Shown in pieces: positions 1-9,979 of a DNA stretch of 32,337 bases. This DNA is from Chthoniobacteraceae bacterium (GTDB lineage: Bacteria; Verrucomicrobiota; Verrucomicrobiia; Chthoniobacterales; Chthoniobacteraceae): assembly GCA_031409335.1 (NCBI GenBank), contig JANNWY010000090.1, positions 1 to 32,337 of the forward strand, read 5' to 3'. A model generated the notes under the pieces. It was not told the origin of the DNA. It ran no database searches and worked only from the letters and a program-made list of their open reading frames with translations. The first letter of the stretch is position 1; each line of letters opens with the position of its first letter. The translations under genes and the position numbers were made by a program.

Positions 1-266
1 TCCTTGTCGATGATGACGATCGCGTTGTTATCGAAGCGAAGATAGCTGCCGTCATCGCGACGAATCGCCTGGCGTGTCCGAACGATGACCGCGCGCACAA
101 CATCGCCTTTCTTTACAGTGCCACCGGCCGACGCTTCGCGAATGTGAGCTGTGATGACATCGCCGATACCCGCCTGACGCGACGACTTGCCGATGACACC
201 AATCATCTTGGCCATGCGTGCACCGGTATTGTCGGCAACATCTAGTCTGGATCTGATCTGAAGCAT
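1..266 (-). CDS. rplN: 50S ribosomal protein L14 (3' end outside window)
   Basis: Manual translation from ATG at 266: [26 protein letters not shown]...[13 protein letters not shown]...[14 protein letters not shown]...[17 protein letters not shown]; canonical position after rpsQ. Not in the ORF track because it is truncated. Confidence 0.97.
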   Translation of the reverse strand, partial: MLQIRSRLDVADNTGARMAKMIGVIGKSSRQAGIGDVITAHIREASAGGTVKKGDVVRAVIVRTRQAIRRDDGSYLRFDNNAIVIIDK

Positions 267-288
267 AAAATGGAAAGCGATCTATACG

Positions 289-573
289 CTAGTGCTTGAC
301 GACTTCAACGAGCCTCCAGCGCTTTAGTTTGCTAAGTGGCCGGGTCTCGGCAATTCGGACGGTGTCGCCAACCTGCGCTTTTCCATCCTCATCGTGAGCG
401 TAAAATCTCTTAATCTGTTTGATGATCTTGCCGAACTTCGGATGTGGAACGCGCGTCGTGGTTTCAACCACGGCGGTCTTTTGCATCTTGGTCGAAACGA
501 CTTGGCCGACCCGCTCTTTGCGAAGTCCGCGATCGTTGCCGACGGTGGTAGTAGCTGTTGTTTCCTCGCTCAT
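289..573 (-). CDS. rpsQ: 30S ribosomal protein S17
   Basis: [14 protein letters not shown]...HPKFGK...AHDE...[24 protein letters not shown] motif; synteny. Confidence 0.98.
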   Translation of the reverse strand: MSEETTATTTVGNDRGLRKERVGQVVSTKMQKTAVVETTTRVPHPKFGKIIKQIKRFYAHDEDGKAQVGDTVRIAETRPLSKLKRWRLVEVVKH

Positions 574-579
574 GACGTA

Positions 580-789
580 TTATTTGGCCGCGACTGCGGT
601 TTCGGAAGTCTTGGCGGTCAGGACAGTCTCAACGCGCGCAATTTCGCGACGCAGTAATCTGATCTGGCTCGGCCTCTCTAGTTGTCCGCTTTGTTGTTGC
701 AGTCGCAAGTGAAATATCTCTTCCTTCAACTCCCGCTTGCGGGTTTTCAGCTCTTCGCGGCTCAGGTCGCGGATTTCTTTGATCTTCAT
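580..789 (-). CDS. rpmC: 50S ribosomal protein L29
   Basis: MKIKEIRDLS...LRLQ...IRLLRREIARVETVL; between rplP and rpsQ. Confidence 0.97.
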   Translation of the reverse strand: MKIKEIRDLSREELKTRKRELKEEIFHLRLQQQSGQLERPSQIRLLRREIARVETVLTAKTSETAVAAK

Positions 790-804
790 ACTCGCAATGG
801 ATGG

Positions 805-1227
805 TTAGACAACAGCACGATGCCGTGTAATGAACTTGGTGCGGATCGGCAGTTTGTCCGCCGCCAGCCGCAATGACTCCCTGGCTACCGTCTCGGAGAC
901 GCCGTCCAGCTCAAACAGAATGTTGCCTGGCCGAATGGTCGCCACCCAGTATTCGGGTGCGCCTTTTCCCTTACCCATTCGGGTTTCAGGCGGGCGGGCG
1001 GTCACTGACTTATCAGGGAAAATTCTGATCCACAGCTTGCCCTTGCGTTTCATGTTGCGGGTGAGTGCAACTCGCGCGGCTTCGATCTGCGTATTGGTAA
1101 TCCACGCGCGATCAAGCGTCTGCAGCGCAAAAGCACCGAAGTCGATGGTAATGTTCCGTGAAGCATTCCCTTTGCGCGACCCGCGCTGGGTCTTGCGATA
1201 CTTCACACGTTTGGGCATCAGCGGCAT
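805..1227 (-). CDS. rplP: 50S ribosomal protein L16
   Basis: PKRVKYRK...QIEAARVA...WIRIFPDK...[12 protein letters not shown]. Confidence 0.99.
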   Translation of the reverse strand: MPLMPKRVKYRKTQRGSRKGNASRNITIDFGAFALQTLDRAWITNTQIEAARVALTRNMKRKGKLWIRIFPDKSVTARPPETRMGKGKGAPEYWVATIRPGNILFELDGVSETVARESLRLAADKLPIRTKFITRHRAVV

Positions 1228-1260
1228 ATACGGTCTCCTTGATTAGTCTTCGTTCCAGAG

Positions 1261-1944
1261 TTACGCGACGGCTTCGGTCGGGGCAGCGTCGGCCTTCTTC
1301 TCAGGCTGTTGAGCATTTGCGTCCTCTTTCTTACACATCCAGCATTTGACGCCGATCTTTCCGTAAACTGTGTTCGCCTCGGCAAAGCCATAGTCGATCG
1401 GCGTGCGCAGCGTGTGCAATGGAATCTTGCCCTCCCGGTACCATTCCGCACGACTGATTTCCGCACCCCCGAGCCGCCCTGCGCAACGAAGTTTGATACC
1501 CTCCGCTCCGAACTCCATGGAAGTCTGAATCGACTTCTTCATCGCCCGCCGAAAGCTGATACGACGCTCGATTTGCAGCGCAACGTTCTCAGCGACCAAT
1601 TGGGCGTCCAGTTCGGGCGTCTTGATTTCTTGAATGTCGATCTTGACGGATTTCCCGCCCGACATCTTGCTGATCTCCTCGGTCATTTTCTCAATCTCAG
1701 TGCCTTTTCGTCCAATAACGATACCAGGACGCGCAGTGTAGATGGTGACGCGGATGCTGTTCCACGCGCGCTCGATGACAATCCGGGATACCGCGGCAAG
1801 CCGCAGCTTGTCCTTTACGTACGCGCGAATCTTCAAGTCGCTATGAAGGAACTCGGGAAGCTCTTTAGGAGATGCATACCAACGTGAACGCCACTCGCGG
1901 GTGACCGCTAGACGGTAGCCAATCGGATTTACTTTTTGTCCCAT
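1261..1944 (-). CDS. rpsC: 30S ribosomal protein S3
   Basis: [12 protein letters not shown]...[11 protein letters not shown]...[23 protein letters not shown]. Confidence 0.99.
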   Translation of the reverse strand: MGQKVNPIGYRLAVTREWRSRWYASPKELPEFLHSDLKIRAYVKDKLRLAAVSRIVIERAWNSIRVTIYTARPGIVIGRKGTEIEKMTEEISKMSGGKSVKIDIQEIKTPELDAQLVAENVALQIERRISFRRAMKKSIQTSMEFGAEGIKLRCAGRLGGAEISRAEWYREGKIPLHTLRTPIDYGFAEANTVYGKIGVKCWMCKKEDANAQQPEKKADAAPTEAVA

Positions 1945-1946
1945 AC

Positions 1947-2420
1947 TTATTCTTGTGTGACAGCTTGTTCAGACGCGGCCTCCGGTGCCGCTGGTTTCCG
2001 TCCACTCGATTCGCCCTTGCGTCCGTCGCTGGATTTTGACTTCTTCTTCTTGCCAGCGCCCTTCCGGGGAGCGCGCACTCGCACTTCGATTTCATCCGTC
2101 AGGATAATGCGGATATGGCTGGTTCGCTTCCGAATCGGCCCGGCACTTCCCCGCGCCTTTGGCTGGGAACGTTTCATCGTCGGACCTTCTCCAACGACGG
2201 CTTCCTTTACCACGAGCTTTTCAACGCGCAGATTTGCGTTGTTCTCCGCGTTTGCAATCGCACTCTTAAGCGTTTTTGCCACCAGGGCCGCTGCCTTTCT
2301 CGGCGTGAACGCGAGCAAGTCTAGGGCGGCCGAAACCGGCAATCCCTGAATAGCGCGCGTCACTTCCCGGGCCTTGAAGGCCGAGATGCGTGCGCCTCGG
2401 TAGATGGATTTAATCTGCAT
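1947..2420 (-). CDS. rplV: 50S ribosomal protein L22 with Lys-rich C-terminal extension
   Basis: RISAFKAR...[10 protein letters not shown]...GPTMKR..PKARG...[10 protein letters not shown]. Start placed at ATG 2420 (MQIKS) because the 2456 start overlaps the upstream gene. Confidence 0.96.
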   Translation of the reverse strand: MQIKSIYRGARISAFKAREVTRAIQGLPVSAALDLLAFTPRKAAALVAKTLKSAIANAENNANLRVEKLVVKEAVVGEGPTMKRSQPKARGSAGPIRKRTSHIRIILTDEIEVRVRAPRKGAGKKKKSKSSDGRKGESSGRKPAAPEAASEQAVTQE

Positions 2421-2442
2421 GTCTGTATTGTTAATGAAATTT

Positions 2443-3225
2443 TTACTGTTGGGCACCGACCTTTAGTCGATCGCCTACTTTAACTGCTTCCTTGTCACCT
2501 AAATTCTGAATGAGCGCTCCGGCTATCCTGTCGCGAACGTCCACCACGCGGATCATTCCGATCACTCTTTGGTTCCGGATTACTTCGAATGGCATTCCCT
2601 GCTTTACACCATGACGCCTGCCAATATTCATGACGATCAGCGCTAGGTCTTCCTTTACGCTAACTACCATTCCATCGGTAAGCGTCGAGGTCAGCGGGGC
2701 CGCACTCGCGTTCTCAGCGGGAGCGATTCCGAGTGCCTTTGCGGACTCGCGCAGCGCAACTTCGAGTTCCAAACGTGAAACTGGGTCGCTGCCAACTGAC
2801 TTCTGCTCGTGTTGGCGCACACCTTCGTATAGGCCAATGAGCGCATCTCTCATTTTTGCCTTTTCATCGCCCAAAATCTTCAGTTGTCCGAGCAACTTCA
2901 AAAGCCGATCGTCTAATTTGCCGGTTCCAAGCGCTTCAAGACGGACGCTCAACTCAGTGGCCTTGCGGCGAAATACTTCCGCCTCGCTCGAGATTGATCC
3001 GAAATTTTTCTGCAATGCAATCAAGGCAGCTTCGGCAGTTTCCAGCTTTTTGGTGAGTTCCAGATTGCTGGCCACTAACAATTCGCTCGCGAGTTTGGAC
3101 TCCGTTTTTTCAAAATTTAAGTTTTTCAAAGAACCTTCCCTCTGTGCCGCCAGCTTTGAGACTGGCGCTAAACACAAACCAACTATCACTGCGGTGAGTC
3201 TTAGACTTGGGATTGAGAGTCTCAT
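2443..3225 (-). CDS. Hypothetical exported/membrane-anchored coiled-coil protein with C-terminal beta domain (FlgT-C-like), inserted in the S10 operon
   Basis: 260-aa ORF exactly fills the rpsS-rplV gap on the operon strand. N-terminal hydrophobic signal (LTAVIVGLCLAPVSKLAA), heptad Leu/Glu/Lys helices, C-terminal NIGRRHGVKQGMPFEV..IGMIRVVDV..VKVGDRL. Confidence 0.8.
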   Translation of the reverse strand: MRLSIPSLRLTAVIVGLCLAPVSKLAAQREGSLKNLNFEKTESKLASELLVASNLELTKKLETAEAALIALQKNFGSISSEAEVFRRKATELSVRLEALGTGKLDDRLLKLLGQLKILGDEKAKMRDALIGLYEGVRQHEQKSVGSDPVSRLELEVALRESAKALGIAPAENASAAPLTSTLTDGMVVSVKEDLALIVMNIGRRHGVKQGMPFEVIRNQRVIGMIRVVDVRDRIAGALIQNLGDKEAVKVGDRLKVGAQQ

Positions 3226-3286
3226 CGTATGGCGACTTGCGCGTAACGTGACTCTTTCTTCACCAAGCCGGAGCCTCGAATTCGCG

Positions 3287-3565
3287 TTATTTTGTCACTT
3301 TCGCGGTATGGGAACCATGCTTCTTGAAGATTCGCGTCGGCGAAAATTCACCCAGCTTGTGGCCGACCATGTTTTCCGTGACAAAAACGGAGTTAAAAAT
3401 CTTGCCGTTGTGAACGAGGAAAGTGTGCCCCACGAACTCCGGTGTAATCGTGGATCGGCGCGACCACGTCTTAATCGGCTTCTTCACGGTGGCCGCATTC
3501 ACCTTGTCTATCTTGTCGAAGACATGTTGGTCAACAAACGGACCTTTTTTTAGGGATCGACCCAT
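3287..3565 (-). CDS. rpsS: 30S ribosomal protein S19
   Basis: [12 protein letters not shown]...[10 protein letters not shown]...VHNGK...[13 protein letters not shown]. Confidence 0.99.
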   Translation of the reverse strand: MGRSLKKGPFVDQHVFDKIDKVNAATVKKPIKTWSRRSTITPEFVGHTFLVHNGKIFNSVFVTENMVGHKLGEFSPTRIFKKHGSHTAKVTK

Positions 3566-3592
3566 AATTCAGTTAGCTTGGTTACGTAAAGG

Positions 3593-4438
3593 TTACTTCT
3601 TCTTTATCTTGCGACGTTCAATGATGAAGGTATTGCTCGGCTTGTGTTTGCGCCGGGTCTTGAAACCCTTCGCGAGCTGGCCCCACGGCGACATCGGGTG
3701 GTGGCGTCCACCGCCGCCTTTCGACTTACCCTGACCGCCACCCATTGGGTGATCGACCGGGTTCATCACCATGCCGCGCACGGTCGGACGAATACCCTGC
3801 CAGCGGCTTCGTCCGGCCTTACCGGACGAGACGTTCATATGGTCGATGTTTCCGACCTGTCCAATGGTCGCATAACAACTCACATGAATCTTTCGGATTT
3901 CACCTGAAGGCATCTTCACGAGTGCGTAGTCACCTTCCCGGTTGTTCAGGATCACTTGCTGCCCGGCGCTCCGCGCAATTTGCCCTCCACGTCCTGGCTT
4001 TAGTTCCACATTGTGAATTGCCGTTCCGAGCGGGATCGTGCGCAAGGGAAGCGCATTGCCGACCTCGGGAGCCGCACCTTCACCAGCGCTCACCTTTGCA
4101 CCCACTCCCAATCCAATCGGAGCGAGAATGTATGCCTTTTCACCGTCGGCATATTGAATCAGGGCAATGCGCGCTGTCCGATTCGGATCGTACTCAATGC
4201 CGACCACCTCCGCGACCACGTCGCGTTTTTTGCGTTTGAAATCGACAATCCGGTATTTCTGCTTGTGGCCACCCCCAATGTGGCGTGTCGTAATTCGTCC
4301 GTTGTTGTTACGACCGCCGCTGCGCCGCTTAATCTCAACAAGGGACTTCTCCGGCTTTGATTTGGTAATCTCATCGAACGCCGGCAACACCTTGAAGCGG
4401 TTTGCCGGGGTGAATGGACGAAATGTTTTAAGTGCCAT
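3593..4438 (-). CDS. rplB: 50S ribosomal protein L2
   Basis: [18 protein letters not shown]...[12 protein letters not shown]...[19 protein letters not shown]. Confidence 0.99.
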   Translation of the reverse strand: MALKTFRPFTPANRFKVLPAFDEITKSKPEKSLVEIKRRSGGRNNNGRITTRHIGGGHKQKYRIVDFKRKKRDVVAEVVGIEYDPNRTARIALIQYADGEKAYILAPIGLGVGAKVSAGEGAAPEVGNALPLRTIPLGTAIHNVELKPGRGGQIARSAGQQVILNNREGDYALVKMPSGEIRKIHVSCYATIGQVGNIDHMNVSSGKAGRSRWQGIRPTVRGMVMNPVDHPMGGGQGKSKGGGGRHHPMSPWGQLAKGFKTRRKHKPSNTFIIERRKIKKK

Positions 4439-4453
4439 GACTAGGTAAAGTTA

Positions 4454-4738
4454 TTAGGCGAGCTCGATCTTGTCACCTTGCTTCAGCGTAACGATCGCTT
4501 TTTTCCAATGGGCCTTTCGCCCGAAGGATGCGGTCCTCTCCCGCTTCTTTTTTCCAGCATAGTTACAAGTATTGACGGATAGGACCGACTTCTTGAACAG
4601 CTTCTCAACAGCGGCTTTGATCTGCGTTTTGTTGGCGCTTGGGGCCACGCGAAACACATATTTGTTCAGCTTTTCGCTGAGCAACGTGGCTTTCTCAGTC
4701 AAGCAGACAGTCTGAACGATATCGTAAAGGTCTTTCAT
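4454..4738 (-). CDS. rplW: 50S ribosomal protein L23
   Basis: MKDLYDIV...TEKA...NKYVFRV...NKTQIKAAVEKLF...WKKAIVTL. True ATG at 4738 overlaps the rplD stop (ATGA); the ORF-track extension to 5119 is spurious. Confidence 0.96.
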   Translation of the reverse strand: MKDLYDIVQTVCLTEKATLLSEKLNKYVFRVAPSANKTQIKAAVEKLFKKSVLSVNTCNYAGKKKRERTASFGRKAHWKKAIVTLKQGDKIELA

Positions 4739-5349
4739 TTCTTCGTTGTCCTTTCGGCGAGTTGGGCCAGCGCGTCGTGGGTTAGGACGATCTTTCGATA
4801 GGCCAGCAATTGCTCCGTGTTCACTTCCGCAGACGTGACGAGTTGTGCCGGCTGAACATTCCGCGCGGCTAGGTAAGTGTTCTCGTCGAACTTCGCTCCC
4901 ACGATGAGCACCTTCTGCTCCGGCGTCACGGTTTTGAGAGCGGCAACGAATTGCTTGGTCTTCGGCTGCTTCACCGCAAAGTCGTCCACCATCAATATAT
5001 CGCCGTGCTTGATGCGCTCGGATAGCGCCTTGCGCAAGGCGACTCGTTTCACCGACTTTGGAACCTTCTTCGTGTAGTCGCGAGGCTTTGGGCCAAATGC
5101 AACTCCGCCACCCACCCACACTGGAGAGGATTTATACCCCGCCCGGGCACGTCCGGTGCCCTTCTGGCGCCACGGTTTCGCACCGCTCAAATTCACATCC
5201 GCCTTCGACTTGGTGTTTGCGGTGCCGCTGCGTCGAGCAGCACGCATTGCTACCACCACATCATGAACGGCTTGAGTATATTTACCGTTTTCGATGACAT
5301 CGATTTTGGCCTTCTTAGCAGCCTCAATAGTTAAAACTGTAGCACTCAT
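4735..5349 (-). CDS. rplD: 50S ribosomal protein L4
   Basis: RSGTANTK...KPWRQKGTGRARAG...GGGVAFGPKPRDY. Confidence 0.99.
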   Translation of the reverse strand: MSATVLTIEAAKKAKIDVIENGKYTQAVHDVVVAMRAARRSGTANTKSKADVNLSGAKPWRQKGTGRARAGYKSSPVWVGGGVAFGPKPRDYTKKVPKSVKRVALRKALSERIKHGDILMVDDFAVKQPKTKQFVAALKTVTPEQKVLIVGAKFDENTYLAARNVQPAQLVTSAEVNTEQLLAYRKIVLTHDALAQLAERTTKK

Positions 5350-5352
5350 GGA

Positions 5353-5997
5353 TTATTTCGCTGCCTCCTTGGCTTTCTTTGCGGGACGCACGACCACATA
5401 GCTTCCAGTCGCTCCCGGAACCGCTCCTGTGATCAAGATTACCCCCTCCTCCTCGCGGACTTGGAGGACACGCAGGTTTTGCACGGTTACGCGCTCATCT
5501 CCCATGTGACCAGGCATTCCCATATTCTTCCAGATACGACCCGGCGTGGAACGATTTCCGATGGCACCATTGCGGCGATGCATCATGGAGCCGTGCGAAG
5601 CACCCTGACCCTTCATGTTGTGCTTCTTCATGACACCCTGAAAACCCTTGCCCTTGGACTGTCCGATCACATCAACCACATCTCCTGGCGCGAACTGACT
5701 GACATTCAAATCGACCGCACCCTCCAGCGTTGTCCCATCAGGCAGCCTGAATTCCCGGACGAATTTCTTCGGTTCTGATCCGGCTTTCTTGAAATGTCCG
5801 AGCAATGGTTGCGACACGCGCTGGGGCTTCTGTGAACCGAAACCGACTTGTACGCCACAGTAACCATCGTTTTCATCAGTCTTGATTTGCAGAGCTGTAT
5901 TTCCGCCAGCCTCGATAACGGTCACAGGGGTCACTTTGCCCTTCTCGTCATAGACCCGCGTCATTCCCAGCTTTCTGCCTAGCAGTCCGATCTTCAT
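5353..5997 (-). CDS. rplC: 50S ribosomal protein L3
   Basis: MKIGLLGRKLGMTRVY...SKGKGFQGVMKKH...HGSMMHR...MPGHMG. ATG at 5997 chosen; alternative TTG at 6015. Confidence 0.98.
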   Translation of the reverse strand: MKIGLLGRKLGMTRVYDEKGKVTPVTVIEAGGNTALQIKTDENDGYCGVQVGFGSQKPQRVSQPLLGHFKKAGSEPKKFVREFRLPDGTTLEGAVDLNVSQFAPGDVVDVIGQSKGKGFQGVMKKHNMKGQGASHGSMMHRRNGAIGNRSTPGRIWKNMGMPGHMGDERVTVQNLRVLQVREEEGVILITGAVPGATGSYVVVRPAKKAKEAAK

Positions 5998-6017
5998 TTT
6001 CGGTAATTCGCTCAAAG

Positions 6018-6326
6018 TTAGATTTTGATGGTGATATCCACGCCAGCCGGCAAGTTGAGTTTCTTCAACTCATCAACCGTCTTGGCAGTCGGCTCGATGA
6101 TATCAAGCAGGCGTTTGTGGGTGCGGATTTCGAACTGCTCCATGGATTTCTTGTCCACGTGAGGCGAGCGGTTCACAGTAAATTTCTCAATCCGCGTGGG
6201 AAGCGGGATCGGACCCGCGACCTGCGCGCCAGTGCGCTTCGCGGTCTCGACAATGTCCGCCGCAGAGGTGTCGAGCATGCGAAAGTCGAATGCTTTGAGT
6301 CGGATTCGAATGCGTTGTCCGGTCAT
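6018..6326 (-). CDS. rpsJ: 30S ribosomal protein S10
   Basis: IRIRLKAFD...GPIPLPT...[21 protein letters not shown]. Confidence 0.99.
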   Translation of the reverse strand: MTGQRIRIRLKAFDFRMLDTSAADIVETAKRTGAQVAGPIPLPTRIEKFTVNRSPHVDKKSMEQFEIRTHKRLLDIIEPTAKTVDELKKLNLPAGVDITIKI

Positions 6327-6370
6327 TTGGTTAGTAAGAGTGGTGAAGGGTTACGGATAGGTTCCTGGCT

Positions 6371-8539
6371 TTACTTGCCTTTTTGATCCAGAACCGCCGC
6401 CAATACCTGCGCGGGCACTTGCTCGAAATGCGATGGTTCCATTGAGTAACTTGAACGGCCTTTCGATAGCGAACGAATCGCCGTCGCATAGCCAAACATT
6501 TCCGCGAGCGGAACCTCGGCATTGACGATGGAGAGGTTGACCTTGTTCTCAATGCTCATGATTTTGCCCCGACGACGGTTCAGGTCACCCATGATATCGC
6601 CCTGATATTCCTCCGGTGTGCTGTTTTCGACCTTCATGATCGGCTCAAGTAGGATCGAATTCGCTTTTTTGAACCCATCCTTGACCGCAAAGATTGCCGC
6701 CATTTTGAAGGCCAACTCATTGGAATCAACGTCATGGTAACTTCCATCAATGATGTCCACCTCAACATCAATCACTGGGTACCCACCCACAACCCCGTTC
6801 AAAATCGCCTCTTCAATCCCTTTCTTACACGCGGGGATGTATTCCTTTGGAATCGTGCCGCCAACCACCTTGTTTTCGATAACCAACCCCTTGCCACGTT
6901 CAGCGGGGCGGACATCCACAACGACATGGCCATATTGACCGCGACCACCGGACTGCTTGATGAGTTTTCCTTCACCAGTCGCTTTTGCTGTGATCGTCTC
7001 GCGATAGGCAATTTGCGGTTTGCCTGAGTTTGCTTCAACCTTGAACTCACGAAGCATCCGGTCGCGGATGATTTCCAAGTGCAGTTCACCCATTCCCGCG
7101 ATAATCGTCTGGCCGGTGTCTTCGTCAGTCTTAACCCGGAAAGTCGGATCTTCTTCGGCGAGCCGCTGGAGCGCGACGCCCATCTTTTCCTGATCGAGCT
7201 TGGTCTTCGGCTCGATGGACATCGAAATCACGGGGTCGGGAAAGGACGGCGGGATCAGGAAGATCGGATGGTCTTCATCACAGAGGGTATCTCCAGTGGT
7301 GACATTCTTAATACCGACGATCGCGGCAATGTCGCCGGAGTAGATGGTGTCGATGTCTTCGCGCTTGTCCGCCTGGATTTGGATGAGCCGACTGATGCGG
7401 TCGCGCTTGTTCGTGCGCGGGTTGTAAATGGTATCACCCTTGGTGACCTTGCCACTATACACGCGGAAGAAAACGAGCTTGCCAACAAAGGGATCGGTCC
7501 ACAGCTTGAACGCCAGCGAACAAAACTTCGCATTGTCATCCGTGATGGCTTCCATCGGCACGGCACTATCAGGATCCTGACCCTTCGCTGGCGGGATGTC
7601 GATCGGGCTCGGGAGGTAGTCGATCACTGCATCGACGAGATATTGCACACCCTTGTTCTTAAAAGCGGAGCCACCGACCACTGGCACGAATTTGTTTGCG
7701 ATCGTCTGCCGCCGAATGCCCGCCTTGAGCATCTCGATCGTGATCGGTGTCTCTTCGAGGAACGCAGTTCCGATTTCGTCGTCGAGGTCGGAGATCGCGG
7801 AAACCAATTCGTCGTAGGCTTTCTTCACCATCCCCTGCGCCTCGGCAGGGATTTCCTCGATGACGTAATTCGATCCCATCTTCTCGTCGTCGAGATAGAT
7901 GATCGCCTTCTTGTTGATGATATCGTACTGCCCCTTGAGTTGATCTTCCGCACCGATCGGGATGAGCACCGGCCACGCATTCGCACCGAGCTTGGTGCGC
8001 ATGTCGTTGATCGCGTTGTTAAAGTTTGCGCCCGTGCGGTCCATCTTATTGACGAACGCGATGCGCGGGACGTTATACTTCGTCGCCTGACGCCAGACGG
8101 TTTCGGACTGAGGCTGCACACCAGCCACACCGCAGAACACGGCGATCGCACCGTCGAGCACGCGGAGCGAGCGCTCCACTTCGGCAGTAAAATCCACATG
8201 ACCGGGAGTGTCGATGATGTTCACCCGCATCTTGATCGCTTCGTATGCCTTGTAAACGCCGACCTCCTTACGCTGCTGCCAGAAACAAGTCGTTGCTGCG
8301 GAAGTAATCGTGATTCCCCGCTCGCGCTCCTGCTCCATCCAGTCCGTCACGGTCGTGCCTTCATGCACTTCACCGATCTTATGGATCATGCCAGTGTAGA
8401 AAAGAATTCGCTCGGTCAGCGTGGTCTTGCCGGCGTCAATGTGCGCAGCAATTCCAATGTTGCGGGTTCTTTCGAGCGGATACGCCCTGTCCGGCGAATT
8501 CGGGTTCGTGCTCACGGGTTTGGAAACAGCGGCGGACAT
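6371..8539 (-). CDS. fusA: Elongation factor G
   Basis: [65 protein letters not shown]; follows rpsG. Confidence 0.99.
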   Translation of the reverse strand: MSAAVSKPVSTNPNSPDRAYPLERTRNIGIAAHIDAGKTTLTERILFYTGMIHKIGEVHEGTTVTDWMEQERERGITITSAATTCFWQQRKEVGVYKAYEAIKMRVNIIDTPGHVDFTAEVERSLRVLDGAIAVFCGVAGVQPQSETVWRQATKYNVPRIAFVNKMDRTGANFNNAINDMRTKLGANAWPVLIPIGAEDQLKGQYDIINKKAIIYLDDEKMGSNYVIEEIPAEAQGMVKKAYDELVSAISDLDDEIGTAFLEETPITIEMLKAGIRRQTIANKFVPVVGGSAFKNKGVQYLVDAVIDYLPSPIDIPPAKGQDPDSAVPMEAITDDNAKFCSLAFKLWTDPFVGKLVFFRVYSGKVTKGDTIYNPRTNKRDRISRLIQIQADKREDIDTIYSGDIAAIVGIKNVTTGDTLCDEDHPIFLIPPSFPDPVISMSIEPKTKLDQEKMGVALQRLAEEDPTFRVKTDEDTGQTIIAGMGELHLEIIRDRMLREFKVEANSGKPQIAYRETITAKATGEGKLIKQSGGRGQYGHVVVDVRPAERGKGLVIENKVVGGTIPKEYIPACKKGIEEAILNGVVGGYPVIDVEVDIIDGSYHDVDSNELAFKMAAIFAVKDGFKKANSILLEPIMKVENSTPEEYQGDIMGDLNRRRGKIMSIENKVNLSIVNAEVPLAEMFGYATAIRSLSKGRSSYSMEPSHFEQVPAQVLAAVLDQKGK

Positions 8540-9012
8540 TAGAATCGGAAATGAGCGAAGGCGCGATTCGCCTGAGCCATCTTGTGGGTGTCATCGCGCT
8601 TCTTGATTGCATTCCCCTGCCCCGCCGCAGCCTCTTTGATCTCAGTGGCCAGAGCCTTCATCAAAGGCACATTCTTGCGAGCCTGCGCATAACCAACGAT
8701 CCAGCGCATCGCCAAGGCGAACTGCCGGGCTGGCGGAACTTCCATCGGCACCTGATAAGTCGCTCCACCCACACGGCGACTCTTCACTTCGAGACGCGGC
8801 TTCACGTTATCGAGCGCCTTGTGCAGCACTTCCAAAGGATCGACTGCATCGGTGCCAGTCCGGGTTTCCTCAATCGCGGTATAAACGATCCGCTCCGCGA
8901 GCGATTTCTTTCCATTCTGCATCACCGCGCTGATAAGCCGCGCCACTACCGGGCTGGCATAGCGGCCATCTAGCTTCTCTTCCTTATGAATGACACGACG
9001 ACGACGAGACAT
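8539..9012 (-). CDS. rpsG: 30S ribosomal protein S7
   Basis: [11 protein letters not shown]...[15 protein letters not shown]...[15 protein letters not shown]. Confidence 0.99.
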   Translation of the reverse strand: MSRRRRVIHKEEKLDGRYASPVVARLISAVMQNGKKSLAERIVYTAIEETRTGTDAVDPLEVLHKALDNVKPRLEVKSRRVGGATYQVPMEVPPARQFALAMRWIVGYAQARKNVPLMKALATEIKEAAAGQGNAIKKRDDTHKMAQANRAFAHFRF

Positions 9013-9042
9013 GGTGAGTGGGTTTGTAAAATTCGAAGCTGA

Positions 9043-9453
9043 TTACTTCTTCTTGCCCTTGGTTGCTTCCGCGGCAGCGCCAGCCTTCGGACGCTTCGCA
9101 CCGTACTTCGAGCGGCTGCGGCGACGACCGTCCACTCCGAGTGCGTCGAGCGTGCCGCGCACGATGTGATAACGCACACCCGGTAAATCCTTCACGCGTC
9201 CGCCGCGCACCAAGACAATCGAATGCTCCTGCAAATTGTGCCCTTCGCCGGGGATGTAGGCGATCACTTCAAATCCATTCGTCAACCGGACCTTGGCGAC
9301 TTTGCGCAGGGCCGAGTTCGGCTTTTTCGGCGTGCGCGTCATCACCTGCGTGCAGACACCACGGCGAAAAGGGCAATTAGTCAGAGCTGGTGATTTTGAT
9401 TTCACCTTGATCTTCTTGCGTCCTTTTTTGACGAGCTGGTTGATTGTGGGCAT
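9043..9453 (-). CDS. rpsL: 30S ribosomal protein S12
   Basis: MPTINQLV...[17 protein letters not shown]...[17 protein letters not shown]. Confidence 0.99.
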   Translation of the reverse strand: MPTINQLVKKGRKKIKVKSKSPALTNCPFRRGVCTQVMTRTPKKPNSALRKVAKVRLTNGFEVIAYIPGEGHNLQEHSIVLVRGGRVKDLPGVRYHIVRGTLDALGVDGRRRSRSKYGAKRPKAGAAAEATKGKKK

Positions 9454-9565
9454 TAAAAGTTTTCGTTGGAGTTTTTCGCTTCTGATTTTCCTCCGTCACC
9501 GGCATTACCAGAGACGAAAAACCCGCCTTGGCCTCTGGAAGCGAAGCCCTTTGGCGGCGGGGAGC
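9454..9565 (-). promoter_or_regulatory. Structured 5' leader of rpsL (candidate r-protein leader / pseudoknot)
   Basis: Nested complementary segments 9475-9482/9538-9545 and 9508-9515/9531-9538, plus 9522-9527 complementary to 9556-9561. Confidence 0.45.
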
Positions 9566-9569
9566 GCGG

Positions 9570-9597
9570 ACATTAGGGGAATCCGTTTGTGACGCAA
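9570..9597 (-). promoter_or_regulatory. Putative sigma70 promoter of the str/S10 operon
   Basis: Minus strand TTGCGT-N16-TAATGT followed by GC-rich discriminator CCGCGCTCCC. Confidence 0.5.
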
Positions 9598-9923
9598 GCG
9601 AATTTTCCAAGACCGCGCAGATATTTTTCCCAGCCTGCGGTGAAACGTATTTCACCTGCAAACTGCGACCCATTTTTCACGACTCCCGACGGTCTTCCGC
9701 TCGAAGACTCGCCAGCCATTGGCCGGGAGTCGCGAGAGCGCGTCGAACGCGAGAGCGCGAAAAGGGGCGGGACGTTTATGCGAGTGCTCAATGCACGGCA
9801 AGAACAATTTTGGAAAAACTTTCAGGGGGAGCCCTGCGTGGGTTGCGTTCCCGGGAAACATCCCCGCGCTACAAATCGCGATGCTTGCCTCCTTCGCGAA
9901 GCGCGATGCGCCATCAGAAAAAC

Positions 9924-9955
9924 AAAACGCCGGAGCGTTTCCGCTCCGGCGTTTT
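9924..9955. terminator. Intrinsic terminator (bidirectional) downstream of the OMP gene
   Basis: Perfect 14-bp inverted repeat AAAACGCCGGAGCG-tttc-CGCTCCGGCGTTTT (GAAA loop on minus), T-runs on both strands. Confidence 0.85.
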
Positions 9956-9979
9956 CGATGAATGAACGATGACGCCGCT

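Noticed and set aside
4739..5119. Apparent N-terminal extension of L23 (221 aa in the ORF track)
   Set aside because: Out-of-frame overlap with rplD; the real ATG is at 4738.
6327..6370. Absence of tuf between fusA and rpsJ
   Set aside because: Known arrangement in several lineages including PVC bacteria; not novel.
7079..8542. 487-aa plus-strand ORF
   Set aside because: Antisense to fusA, with no independent coding signal.
9600..9920. Possible small gene or ncRNA in the rpsL-OMP spacer (hairpin GGTGAAA-cgta-TTTCACC)
   Set aside because: Overlapping ORFs lack recognisable features, and there is no tRNA or known RNA fold; a single short hairpin is insufficient evidence.
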